Shown here one piece after another: positions 40,059 through 53,306 of a stretch of 64,000 bases of DNA. The stretch is from Octopus vulgaris (lineage: Eukaryota). The notes below the pieces were generated by a model. That model did no database searches. It saw nothing but the letters and a program-made list of their open reading frames with translations, and had not been told where the DNA came from. Location of the stretch: assembly GCA_951406725.2 (NCBI GenBank), contig OX597822.1, positions 35,278,001 through 35,342,000 on the forward strand. Direction: 5' to 3'. The first letter of the stretch is position 1; every line of letters starts with the position of its first letter. Position numbers and translations under genes: made by a program.

Positions 40059-41409
40059 CATGTATGTCTATATCATATAAACACATCTTTTATATACACA
40101 TGTATACATGTACGTGTATTCATGTATTCATATTCATGTGCATATACATATAATTATGCATATATAACAACCAGAATGAATGATATTTCCATGAATCCTT
40201 ATTTTTGTAATGTTTTTTTCTCTCTCTCTCTATTAGCTTAAGATATATCACCTTTCAATACTTGAAACCTACAATATTCCATTTGAAATATAAGAAAAAC
40301 CAATCTGCAACTGTTTATAGATAATTGCAGTGGTGCTGTGCAACATTAGTCCCATTCTTTTGTTTAGTTTTGCTTTACACTTCGTATGCAAAACATCCTT
40401 TATTCAAACAACAACAAAAATATATTTCCTTCCTTCCTTCCGAGAGCATTACGTCATTCATATATTCATATATATTCCCGTCATCCACGTCAAATTTGAC
40501 TGCAAGGCGATTCTAGCATACTCTGGAGTTACTTAATATTCTACCATCACAAGATGGGATAATTCCTTGCATTGACGTAGTATACGGCTATGCTTAACAC
40601 ATCCATAATATTAGAAAGGTATCGTGTCCGACTAGGAATTTCGGAGGTAATACCGTCCATCCAACCATAAAATTGTAGTGCCTTATTCTAACACCATCAC
40701 CACGTCTTTGACGGAATTAGTTGACGACAAAATGACAAAAAATGACAAATATTAATGACGCATTCAACTACAGGGTTAACGTTGTTGCTTTCCGTTAGTT
40801 CTAAGTTGTGCAAACGTCTGTTATCGAAGTCATTGAACACAAGACTTTGATGGTTTTCATTTTGCTGCTGTGCTTTTTCTCCAATAAATTACTCTGGATT
40901 ACATTATCAAATGTGTCCTACTTGAAAACGGAGATTTGATGTATGTATATATGTGTGTGTGTGTGTGCGTGTGTGTGTGTGTGTGTGTGTATGTGTGTAC
41001 GTTATTTGTGAGCGTGGCGAGGGAAAATTGTTAGTGTCTGCATATGTATGAATAAATTTTTAAGATTAATCAACAGGACTACCTGTGTGTGTGTGTGTAT
41101 GTGTGTGTGCACGCGCACGTATCTGTGTATATGTGTGTGTATGTGCGCTCGCGTATGTGTGTGTGTGTGAATGATTTAACTTTATACATATATATATATA
41201 TATATATATTATACGTGTGTATGTACCTGTGTTATATGTGCAGCTGTGTATGAGTGTGCGTATATAATGTCTGTGAATTAAATAGAAAAGATGGATCTCA
41301 AAGTTCGTGTAGAGTCGTGTACCTTCATGGGTATGGTATGTGTATGCACGTATACATAAATAGAGAGAAAGAGAGAGTGAATGAGAGAGTGAGTAACAGA
41401 AAGAGAGAA

Positions 41410-41457
41410 ATAGACACAGACAGATAGACAGACAGATAGACAAATAGACAGATACAC

Positions 41458-41516
<59 letters not shown>

Positions 41517-41527
41517 GACAGACAGAC

Positions 41528-41599
<72 letters not shown>

Positions 41600-41709
41600 T
41601 GATAGATAGATAGATTTCTTTATTGGCCACGCAGGGCTAAACACAGAAGTGACAAAATAGAAAGTAGAGCTTTTCTTTTTAGGAAGAATAGAAGGGGGAA
41701 AATAGAAAC

Positions 41710-41787
<78 letters not shown>

Positions 41788-41790
41788 TAA
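41410..41790. repeat. (GATA)n microsatellite containing a short LINE 3'-end insertion (41613-41700, minus strand)
   Basis: Insert is nearly identical to 47209-47290. Confidence 0.9.
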
Positions 41791-43229
41791 TATTATCGAA
41801 CGTTGATGTATGATTTTGGTCTTGTGTCTTAGCTAAAAATCAATACCATTCATAGGGCAGATGAATCTAAGTACTTCTATCGGGACAATGCAATATCTTT
41901 TACATAGTTGGACATTCTGAATTCAAATTCCGTCAGTGGCTATATTTATTATTGCCTTCTGATTTAGACACAAGACGAGATGCTTTGCTGGGCGACGAGC
42001 TAGGCAGTACTATCGAATCTAGCACGTGAAAGCAACTTAATTCTATGGACCCTGAAACTAAGAAAAGCAAAGATGACTCCAGAGGGATTTGAAATCAGAA
42101 TGTGAAGAATCGTAAGAGATACTACAAAATACTTTTTTTCCAACGCTCTCATGATTTTGCCGGTTCATCACATTCACTAGTTTAGTTAAGATCACTAACA
42201 TTGACTATATCCATCTCCAGCAAATATTAGCCTTGTACATTTAATTTTTCGGAGAAAAACATTACAGTCAAAATTTCATATTTATCTCTTGCCAGTAAAT
42301 TTTAATTTTTATTCGTTACAAAATAATATCGTCTTTGTTTTCTTGACATCTATTTTATGTCATTTTAAAGGATGGTTTCTGGTTATAAAAAGCTATGAAT
42401 ATACCGAATAACAAACAAGTCTTTGAAGTTAAAACCATTGCAAAAAACATTGACTCAAGAGTATGCTACTATAGATATAAAAGTCGTTTTGTTTTTCAAT
42501 GTATCCAGTAAATATTTCTGGTGCTTGTTATCAATAACACAAATATATCTAGCATTGATGCAATCCATATAGTTTTCGTTTTTCTTATCTTTTTTTTGTT
42601 TAATATTTACAGAAATAGAATGCTGTAGAAAGTGCATAGCACTGCCTATTGTGTTGCGTATGACCTAAAGGCTGTTTCCGTAAGTCTATGATACAAGTTG
42701 CGCATAGAATAGAATATATGGAAGAGATAGTTACAAAGTATATCGTTCCAAGATCATAAGAAATGATTAACATACAGTGTTTGTTTTGCAGAGATGAGAG
42801 AAAACAGTAAGAGGAAAAAACATTGAAGAAAATATTGAAATATTAAAGGTGAATACTATGAGCAGAAAAAACAAACTTAACACCTACAGAAATACTATCT
42901 CTTTATCAGTTACCTTTCAAGCCTAACAGGATTTCATATACTTTTAGTTAATCTACATAAAGTTTTCTTCCCTAACCTTTCCGTTACTATATTTATACCT
43001 TAATCTTTCTTCATGCTTTCACAAAGATACGCGTTTCTTTAATCGTTTCAAGTACGCCATTTTCACCAACACTCTTTACGCAACCAGGTAAATTTCGCTT
43101 CGAACTATTCTTTTCCAAGATTAAATTCAAGATGAAGCCATCACTTTCATAAACTCAGTCATACTGTAAATTTGGTCAGCGTTCTATTACATTCATTTTA
43201 TATTTTACTTGTTTTTATAATAGACTATA

Positions 43230-43420
43230 GGTGGCGAGCTGCCATGTCGCTAGCACGTCGACCAAAACGATAATTCATTTTCCTGCCTCTTTATGTTCTG
43301 AATTCAAATCCCGCTGAGGTTAACTTTACTTTTCATTTATTCTTCACCTTCGGAAAAATAAAATACCCGTGAAGTGTAGGGGTCGATGTAATCGACTTGT
43401 CCCATACCCTCAAAGTTACT
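43230..43420 (+). mobile_element. Degenerate SINE family A
   Basis: GGCGAGCTG…GTTCTGAATTCAAATCCCGCTGAGGT…GGGGTCGATGTAATCGAC. Confidence 0.7.
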
Positions 43421-43564
43421 TATCTTGGATCCTGTAACGAACAGGCGTCCCGTTCAGTTAAATGTTGTGATGTCCGTCACTTATATGCCCTGGAAACTTG
43501 GCAACCGACTTTATAAGTCCTAGGACTCCAGCAAAATATTTAGAATATACTAGTCCTCAGAATA

Positions 43565-43963
43565 TACTCTTTTACTCTTTAACTTGCTTCAGTCATTTGA
43601 CTGCGGCCATCCTGGAGCACCGCCTTTAGTCAAGCAAATCGACCCCAGGACTTATTCTTTGTAAGCCTAGTACTTATTCTATCGGTCTCTTTTGCCGAAC
43701 CGCTAAGTTACGGAGACGTAAATACACCAGCATCGGTTGTCAAGCGATGTTGGGGGACAAAGACACACAAACATATACACATATATATATACATATATAG
43801 GACGGGCTTCTTTCAGTTTCCGTCTACCAAATCCACTCACAAGGCTTTGGTCGGCCCGAGGCTATATTAGAAGACACTTTCCCAAGGTGTCTCGCAGTGG
43901 GAATGAACCCGGAACCATGTGGTTGTTAAGCAAGCTACATACCACACAGCCACTCCTGCGCCT
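43565..43963 (-). mobile_element. SINE family B, full length
   Basis: Close match to other full-length copies. Confidence 0.92.
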
Positions 43964-44959
43964 ATATAATTAATTCTCTTCACCTTCCTTTCCTTTGTAA
44001 AGCGTTTATACTTCTTACTTTCTATATTGTTCTTCTTTACTCCAGTCATTACCTGTAATTCTTCGTTTCGAGAGCTTTAATCTTCAGAACACACGTTCCT
44101 CTTATTCAGTCGTGAAGCTCTAAAATATTGGAATCTATTTCAGTGTTTCTTACATGACGTGTAAATTCTTCACACGGAGGGTGAACAGTGTTTCTAATCC
44201 AGCAATGAAAATGTTAGGCAAACATTTTTGGTCGCTATGATAAATTTCTTTCGTCGAAAAGTGGTAGCTGCTGCGGTAAAAACAAATACATTCTGTGGCT
44301 TGTAATTTTTAGATCTTTCTACAAGAAAAATTCTTGAATCTTGAAACTTGTTATTGTTTCAATATTTTAGAGAGATTACGCAATACAATTAATTACTTGC
44401 AATCAATAAGGAGATGAAAACATTATGTTTACTAAAATGAAGAATTCAACATATTTATTTATTTTTACCTCTCTTTAATATTTCTATGGAATTTAATTCA
44501 GAATATCGTTTGCAAACAAACAATTTCAACATCTGGAATATGATAAATTTAACCCCAATATTCACAGTGTAAGATAATAAATTTCTAACATCTAAACAAT
44601 TTCCACTACGTTCACATTACCTTGGCTCACACATATTCTCTACAAGAATCCTGCTTTAATTATGATTGCTGTCGGCATTAACTATTAATGTAAACCGATA
44701 TTCTGAAATGATCATCCTGAAATCTCAGTATTCTTGACGTAAATATTTCAGCAACCGAGAAATATAGACATTGGGCATTTACTAACGCCGATAAATTGTT
44801 TTGCTCTTTTCAGTGTATTAATAAAAACAAAACATTTATTAGCTACCCCGAAATAATATTTTCTCTACATAAATTGCCAAAGCTGCTCAAAACACCACCA
44901 GCACACCACACCACAACACACGCTTACACATGCCAACACACTTAGACATACATGCACAG

Positions 44960-45355
<396 letters not shown>

Positions 45356-45356
<1 letters not shown>

Positions 45357-45670
45357 AGGCACATGGCTCAGTGGTTAGAGCGTCGAAGGTTACGATCGGG
45401 AGGTTGTGAGTTCGATTCCCGGACCGGGCTGCGCGTTGTGTTCTTGAACAATTGAACAAGACACTTTATTTAACCTTGCTCCCTTTAACTCAGTTGCGAT
45501 ATCACTGCTGCCAAACTGTATCGGCCATTGTTATTTTCCTTGGATAACATCAGTGGTGAGGAGCGAGGAGGCTGGTATGCATGGGTGGCTGCTGATCTTC
45601 CACAAACAACATTGCCCGGACTCGTGCCTCGGAGAATAACATTCTAGGTGTAATTCCATGGTCATTCATG
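45356..45670 (+). mobile_element. tRNA-derived SINE (fourth family)
   Basis: A box TGGCTCAGTGGTT and B box GTTCGATTCC, no acceptor stem pairing, continues into GTTGTGTTCTTGA…CAAGACACTTT body. Confidence 0.75.
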
Positions 45671-45780
45671 TATATATATATACCAGAGTAAGCACATACA
45701 TACAAAAGAGGGTGGAAAAAATAGTATTCGAATAACAGAGGTAGAGCAATATGCTTCATTAAAAAGCAGCAAAAATATCA

Positions 45781-45944
45781 CCGCAGGAGTGGCTGTGTGA
45801 TAAGAAGCTTGCTTCCCAACCACATGGTTCCGGGTTCAGTCCCACTGTGTTATACCTTAGACAAGTGTCTTTCAGTATAATAGCCTAAGGTTGACCAAGG
45901 CCTTGTGAGCGGATTTCGTATACAGAAACTGAAAGAAACTCGTC

Positions 45945-45976
<32 letters not shown>

Positions 45977-46075
45977 CTTTGTGTGTGTGTGATAGAGAGA
46001 GAGAGTGTGTGTGTGTGTGTGTATATATATTTGGGAGTTTGTGTCTGTTTTTGTCCCCACCATCGCTTGAAACAA
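45781..46075 (+). mobile_element. SINE family B, 5' two-thirds
   Basis: Head plus internal microsatellite. Confidence 0.85.
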
Positions 46076-46443
46076 GAGTATTGAAACAAATAAAAGAATA
46101 AAATAGTAACAGAATATATATAATGTACTGTTCCGTGATAGAAAATTTAGCAAAAAAAGTAATGCATCTGGTGAGAGATAAATATTGATATGTGGTTTGT
46201 GCCTGAAGAATATTTTAAAGTATTTCTCAACATATGAAACTTTAATTAGCATTTAAAGACATTGTTTTGTGCCTTTTAAATACATAATATAGATTGAGAG
46301 AGAGAAAGAGGGAGGGAAAGAGAGTAAGAGAGAGACAGCGAGGCACACAGACACCCTCATACATACATATATAGACACACAATCATATGCATACATACAT
46401 ACATATATATATACACACACATACATTCATACATACATACATA

Positions 46444-46737
46444 TAGGCACAGGAGTGGCTGTGTGGTAAGTAGCTTGCTTACCAACCACATGGTTTCGGG
46501 TTCATTCCCACTGCGTGGTACCTTGGTCAAGTGTCTTCTACTATGGCCTCGGGCTGACCAAAGCCTTGTGAGTGAAATTGATAGACGGAAACTGAAAGAA
46601 GCCTGTCGTATATATGTATATATACCAATGGAATAATTACTAGGCTTACAAAGAATAAGTCCTGGGGTCGATTTGCTCGACTAAAGGCGGTGCTCCAGCA
46701 TGACCACAGTCAAATGACTGAAACAAGTAAAAGAGTA
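46444..46737 (+). mobile_element. SINE family B with internal deletion
   Basis: Head and tail intact, middle missing. Confidence 0.88.
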
Positions 46738-47208
46738 TATGCATTCATACATATATACATATATGCATACTTATACAGTGGTGGTTTGTCATAGTCTTTG
46801 CAATGATGGCTGAAACAAACTCAAGACAATTATATAATTCACAAAATAAATAAAGTTGTCTGTTAGTCTCCTTATAAACGCCGCTGGAGTGGTTAAAGTA
46901 AACAAAATTTGATGTTAGCACGCATATTTACAAATCTAAATGTCAAACAGAAAAGTAAGTTATCTTTATATTTCCACAGTGTTTAAGACCACGTTCTGCT
47001 CGTTCGAAAATACATTTTTGTCGTTGTTTTAATACAGAACTTAAGTAATGACGGTGTTCGGGGTAAAGAGTTTAAGTTATTTCAAAGAGATTCTATTCCG
47101 ATCAATTCTATTGACGATTTTCCAGTTAAAAGCAAGTAACATTTTAAGTCTTGGAGAAGTGTTGGTTTATATTACATTAGACAGACAGATAGATAGAGAG
47201 ATAGATAG

Positions 47209-47757
47209 ATTTCTTTATTGGCCACGCAGGGCTAAACACAGAAGGGACAAAATACAAAGTAGAGCTTTTCTTTTTGGGAAGAAGAGAAGGAAAATGGGGG
47301 GGGGGCGGATTCAGATCAAAAAGTATCGTGGATAAAAAAAGGTGGGGACGATCATTAGGGATCGTGTATCACAGAAATGTCAATGTAAAAAGGAATAACA
47401 GATTAGGTTTGTCCGTGGATAGAAACGCCTAAGGAAAAGATCACGGGAACCTTGGGCAATAGTGTCATGCAAAAAGAAAACACATTACAGTAAGTGGCTC
47501 CCTATTTTCCTTTCGTTTTTTATATCCTTTTGGTTCGTAGGATTATTATCAAGGTGGCTCCATCATTCATACGTGTATTCCTTGCTACATTCACCCATCT
47601 CTTTTTTGAAACATTCACTAGACAAAAATTCCCTCTCTACGCTCACCTTCCTCTTCAAGTGATACTTGAAGAAGTTGATGAGAGATTGACCAGAGAGGAA
47701 AGTGTCCACCATTTACATTCTTTCTCCATAGCCACAAGTACGATGAAAATGGCTCAT
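47209..47757 (-). mobile_element. LINE 3' end, probably L1/Tx1 clade, inserted in (GATA)n
   Basis: Broken minus frame …GQSLINFFKYHLKRKVSVEREFLSSECFK.RWVNVAR resembles a Tx1-type ORF2 C-terminus. 3' UTR ends AATAAAGAAA+(TCTA)n. GATA repeats on both sides. Confidence 0.6.
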
Positions 47758-47804
47758 AGATAGATAGAGAGAGAGATAGATAGATAGATACGAATATATA
47801 CATA

Positions 47805-47849
<45 letters not shown>

Positions 47850-48629
47850 TGGAAGCACATGCAGCAAATTTCCCTATAACTATGCGGCTCTGAAGAGTAT
47901 GTACTTTAAAGCCTCGGAGATAATAGATCCGGGAGAACAATAGGCATACAGTATCGGTTCATTATGTAGTGTAAGGGCCACATATAGTACAGCCTGTATT
48001 AGTGTGTTTATATATGTTTGTATGCATACGTATGTATGAGCACACTCATCACTGCGTATATATCTGCCTTTGTCTGTGTCTGCACACACTTCCATGTGGG
48101 TGGGTCGCACTGACAAAACATTTGTCTAAATAGCCGTCATGTGAAAATGTCCTGCCTACCCACTTCCCAAGAACCACACACTTTTAGGCAATGCCTGGTT
48201 CTTGGTTTATAGCCTTCAGTATACTTCGCATTTATTATCCTCTTATCTAAACCAGTCCTGACACATCATAAACATTGCTTTTATCTTGTTTCTTGTCTCT
48301 TCTCCATCCGAGTCAGGTTATCCTACTAACCTCTTTTTTTTTTGTACTTTCTGATGATTCTGACCCCTTACCTGCACCAATGTTTTCCTATTTGACACGA
48401 TTTATATCTCTAACTGCCCGTCTTATTGTCGACACCCACCTCAACCCTCTTCCCTTTCTCCTCATCCCATGGTTTGGCACGTTATTTCTGATGATGTGTC
48501 TACAGTAGCTCTAATCGATTATAATATCCCATTATTCATTGAACCTCGTTATATTATTTGTCCATAAAACGGCTGTAATAGAAATGAATAATCGAAACAT
48601 TAACAAGTTGCATTCTGTTATTCTCTGTA

Positions 48630-49322
48630 GTATATCTCACTCACCTCCCACATCATTAAAGTGTTTGAAAGAGTGTTAAGATCAATGATAGCTGACTTCC
48701 TGGAGACCTACAAACTCCTAAATGCAAATCAGCATGGCTTTCGCTGTAGCAGGGACTGTCTAACACAGCTCTTACACCACATTGAAGATGTACTCAAAGC
48801 CTTGGGAACAGGTTCGAACTCTGACGTCATATATCTTGACTTCAGTAAAGCGTTCGACAGGGTAGACCATAATATCCTACTTTCAAAATTGGCAAATGTT
48901 GGAATCCGTGGAAAAGTTCTACACTGGATTAAGTATTTCCTGGCGAATAGAACACAACATGTTGTAGTTGATGGAGTCCACTGAAGCCCAGCAAAAGTCA
49001 CCAGCGGTGTTCCCCAGGGGACTGTCTTGGGTCCGCTACTCTCCATAATTTACATAAACGACCTTTCCAGTGTCGTACATTACTGCAAAGTGAAAATATT
49101 TGCTGATAACACTAAGCTCCAGCAAATCGTCAATGAAGAAGCAGACCGAACTCAACTCCAGTCGGATCTATATGCTGTGAGTCAATGGCAGACAGAAACA
49201 AAATGCAACTGAATGAGGGAAAATTTGAGCTGATGCATTTTGGAAGAAATTCCTCACTAAAACAGCCATACTCTCTTCCTTCAGGGGAACCGCTCACAGC
49301 CTCTAGCAATATCAGAGACCTT
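48630..49322 (+). mobile_element. CR1-clade LINE reverse transcriptase fragment (pseudogene)
   Basis: NQHGFR..RDCLTQL, YLDFSKAFDRVDH, SGVPQGTVLGPLL.IIYINDL, IFADNTKL. In-frame stop and frameshift. Confidence 0.95.
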
Positions 49323-49614
49323 ATTCGTGTAACATCGTCCGTTTTCCCGTCCTTGTTTTGTATACATTCGAGGCTTTCTTCCAAGGAATCTAATGCGCTT
49401 GGCTTAGATTTTCCTTTGGGGCTGGCCAGGTCGGAGCAATCTCAAGATTAATCAGCCGAAATTGCGAGGATGATCCGGTTCTTGACTGAGAGATTGAAGG
49501 CTTCGAATGTCCCGTCCGTGTTTTTTGTATCGTCTTCTAAATGTTTTGCGTTCTTGTCCCAGTTTGTATTTTTTTACATATACATATATATAGCGGCGCC
49601 CGTACCCTTTTTGG

Positions 49615-49676
<62 letters not shown>

Positions 49677-49678
<2 letters not shown>

Positions 49679-50125
49679 GATGATGGCCGTCCACTCGTGA
49701 GCGAGGAAGACCATTGCCGACCTTCAGGAACGTTGTGCGCTCTAGAACTAACTTATATTTTTCATTTGCGGCTCCGTTGGTGGCTAATGAGCCCTGCTCT
49801 TGACAAGCATACACGTCTGCAAACATTGCAGACCAAGCTTTCCCCATTCAATATACGAGCCGTGCGCTTAAGTTCTTCATGCTGGATACGTGCTCTCTCA
49901 AAAGTGTCGATCCCCTCCTTAACTTGCTTCCTCCATCTGTGGCGATGACAGGCATTGTTCTCCCAGTCAGTGTTCTGCATATCACAGGCCTTTAATGAGG
50001 ACTTGACACAGTCCTTAAATCGCAGCCTTAGTTTCTGCCGGAGTCTCTTTCCATTCACAAGTTCTCCATAGAGCATCTGCTTAGGAATCCTTCTATCCTT
50101 CATTCGAATAAGGTGCACCATCGCC
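49677..50125 (-). mobile_element. RTE-clade LINE 3' end
   Basis: HLIRMKDRRIPKQMLYGEL…RFKDCVK…W…RWR…CNVCRRVC.SRAGLISHQRS; short 3' UTR and (CAT)n tail. Confidence 0.9.
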
Positions 50126-50862
50126 TCAATACTCAGAGAAAGAGAGAGAGAGAGAGAACGAGAGAGGAAGAAAGAGATGGATGGATGGACGGATGGATAT
50201 TTGGTTGGTTCGCTGGATGGTTGGATGGATAGATGTAGATATTCGTAGAGAGCAATTTAAAGTGCCTCATAAATAACCAGTATAAAGATTTACCTTTTCC
50301 TCATTGTTCGGTTTTTGTTACCACTTTCATCATCCGCAAAAAAAAATCTAAATTCTATTTAATTTGCTTTGCGGGAAGGACTGCTTAACGAAATCACGTC
50401 TTGCCCTTACCTTCGGAACGCGGAGTAGATAAAACAGGGGGCAACTAATGAAGGGAATGTTCTTTATGTTGCATGTCTCGTTTCTCTGTTTGTTTGTTTT
50501 TTTCGTTGTTCGAAAAAAATTTCGTTTTCTATGTTTTTGTTCTCGTTTCTCATTCTGTCTACGTTTTTTTTGCGTGTGTGTGCGTGTATGTTGGCACACA
50601 CGCACACGAACATAACATCTAAACACTCTCCTGTCCTAGAAGCACTTTCTCTTCCTCCTTCTACTTCCAGTCACTTCAGAAATATAACCATCTGTAGCCT
50701 GTTGGCGTTTTTTCCTCCGCCTCTCTTCTTTCCCTTTGGATCTTCCCCTTTTTTTCCTGTCATGAAAGAGTTAATAAATACGTTCACAACATAGCATGTT
50801 GATTTAAAGTGATTAAAATGCATGCTTGGTTCAAGATGTATCTAAGGGGTTAAGCAGCAGAT

Positions 50863-50934
50863 TTTAAAGAGTATCCTATTATATGATATTGCGTTATTTA
50901 AAGAGTATCCTATTATATGATATTGCGTTATTTA
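50863..50934. repeat. Perfect 34-bp tandem duplication
   Basis: TTTAAAGAGTATCCTATTATATGATATTGCGTTA present twice. Confidence 0.95.
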
Positions 50935-51352
50935 TATATATTGTATAATTTACTTATTTTTTATGATATATATATGTTTTGTAATGGGTAAAATCTATTT
51001 CAAGTTCTCTTCACAATAATAAGTTTAATATATTACATATGCGCAATTCTGTCTTTATTCATTTCTGGCGTGCAGTCCTGAATTGAATTTTACATTTTTT
51101 TAATTATGGAAATCAGCTAAGCTTTTTAAATCAGAATTTTTTACATCAAATAGATATGTTTTTCCAAATGAAATGCGTAGAAGCAGAATAAATGATAGAG
51201 TAATGAATATATTCATAGAATTTTGTTTTCATATTAGAAAGATGGAATACGAGAGAAGAAAGAAGGAGCACAGAAAAAAATAGACTCTCAAATAGATTTC
51301 ATTACTTTTTTTTTCTTTTGCCAGAATCCTTTCTGTTGACTTTTCCTCGATT

Positions 51353-51735
51353 TTTACCTCTGCCAAGGAAGGTGGTTATGTTTTCATCGGCGTTGGTTTG
51401 TCCATCTGTCCGACTCTGTGTGAAATAACTCAAAAAGTTGTGAACGGTTTTTGATGAAACTAGCAGGAAAAGTTGTTAATGACACAAGGAACAGATGATG
51501 AAATTGTGGTAGCGATTCGGAAATTTTTGTGACTTCTTGAAGGATTTTTCATTTGTTATATTTACTTTACATGAAGTATTACAATGTTACGTTCTTTCAT
51601 TATCTCCCTTGCAAACACGTTCATCATTTCCACGTAACATATGGTGGCGTTGCTGTTTCCAAAGTTTATTTTCGTTTCTCTATTAGTAATTTTACTCGCG
51701 TCTCTGTCTTAAAATAAGCTGCTTGGTGGAGGTCT
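51353..51735 (+). mobile_element. Helentron/HINE-like non-autonomous element
   Basis: TTTTACCTCTGCCAAG…GGTTATGTTTTC start, with subterminal inverted CTTGGTGGAGGT. 3' end cut by a LINE fragment. Confidence 0.6.
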
Positions 51736-51737
51736 GA

Positions 51738-52220
51738 GGAGGATGACATGACAAGCCTTGACTATTTTGATCGACTCAAAAAGCTCAGCCTTTGTCCCCT
51801 CCCCTGCCGCTGTGAGCTCTATATAATCTGTATGATGTGGAAAATATTCCACCAACATTGCCCATCTTTAAAATTCGTCCGAGGCTTGGTCCCCGTGCCA
51901 TCCATCCATTACAGAAATGTTCGTGTCGCATCACAATACTATGACAGAACTATTTCACCTCAATTGGCCCTGCTCTCTTCACCATCGTGCCAGACACACA
52001 TAAGGGAGGAAAGTGACTTCATGGCATTCAAACGATCCCTAGATGATTACCCCAACAAATAACAGATAAACCAACCACACCCAGATATGTCTCTGAAAAC
52101 AATAACCCGCTGCTTGAATGGGCTACGGTTCCCCAGAGCTGACTGTGTATCTCTTCCATGTGGTGCTATTAAATTAGACATGGCCTGAGCCAACTTCGGC
52201 CGAAACTTATCTAAATAAAC
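51738..52220 (+). mobile_element. CR1-clade LINE 3' end (older copy)
   Basis: LDYFDRLKKL.L…[15 protein letters not shown], and 3' UTR GGTGCTATTAAATTAGACATG as in 36690-37702. Confidence 0.88.
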
Positions 52221-52859
52221 TAATGTATGGTGTAACCTTTTAATCAAAGCATGACAACGTGGGTAGAGGCTGATAACTTAATATTTCTGATGGTCTTAAG
52301 TATAAAAAAATTATCAAAGATTTAACTAGAACTACATTCAGAATATGTCTATAAGCTATTGTGTTTAGACCTGGTTTCTATCTTCAAACTGTTCTATTTT
52401 GTAGATGCAATTTTGTTTTTAATAAAGCACTCCGAAATAAAAACAGAATCAAAAATCTGCAATAATCTCGGTCTCATGAGTATAGGATAATGAATTTTCA
52501 ACTGTGTAAAGAAACTGATTGTGGTGATCGAAGTTTTGACGGTGATTGTGGTGAAAGCAGAGACAGTGTTGATGATGACGATGGTCGAGATAAGTATGGG
52601 AGGAGGTTATGTTTTAGCCGGCGTTGGTTTGGGAAATTGGGCGATTTTCAGCATGCGTGTATATGAGTGGAAATGAGCTGCTTGTTACTTCCTTTCAAAT
52701 GTTCACTAAAAAGTCTCTTGCTGTTTTAAGCCACTTCCTTAGTTTGGCTGAGAGCCATACTTAGATGAATGATGTAAAATCTCCGTTTTCACGTTCTTCA
52801 TCTAGCTATCAACGTTAAAATTACATTGCATTGCGACTACAATCACACATTCATGAATC

Positions 52860-53059
52860 TACTCTTTTACTCTTTGACTTGTTTCAGTCATGTGACTGTG
52901 GCCGTGCTGGAGCACCGACTTTAGTCGAGCAAATCGACCCCAGGACTTATTCTTTGTAAGCATGGTACTTATTCTATCGGTCTCCAACACATTGGCATCG
53001 ATTATCAAGCGATAGTGGGAGGACAAACACAGACACACAAACATATACACACACATACA

Positions 53060-53140
<81 letters not shown>

Positions 53141-53306
53141 CACGACAGGTTTCTTTCAGTTTCCGTTTACCACATTCACTCACAAGGCTTTGGTCGGCCC
53201 GAGGCTATAGAAGAAGACACCTGCCCAAGGGGCCACGCAGTGGGACTGAACCCAGAACCATGTGGTTGGTAAGCAATCTACTTACTACACAGCCACTCCT
53301 ACGCCT
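52860..53306 (-). mobile_element. SINE family B, near full length
   Basis: Match to other copies. Confidence 0.92.

Noticed and set aside
42792-42848. AG…GT-bounded exon candidate
   Set aside because: Stop codons in all three frames.
45356-45430. tRNA gene
   Set aside because: A and B boxes are present but the acceptor stem does not pair and the sequence continues into a SINE body.
50288-50774. piggyBac-like MITE (…GAAAGAGTTAA end)
   Set aside because: The left terminus match is too weak to support the call.
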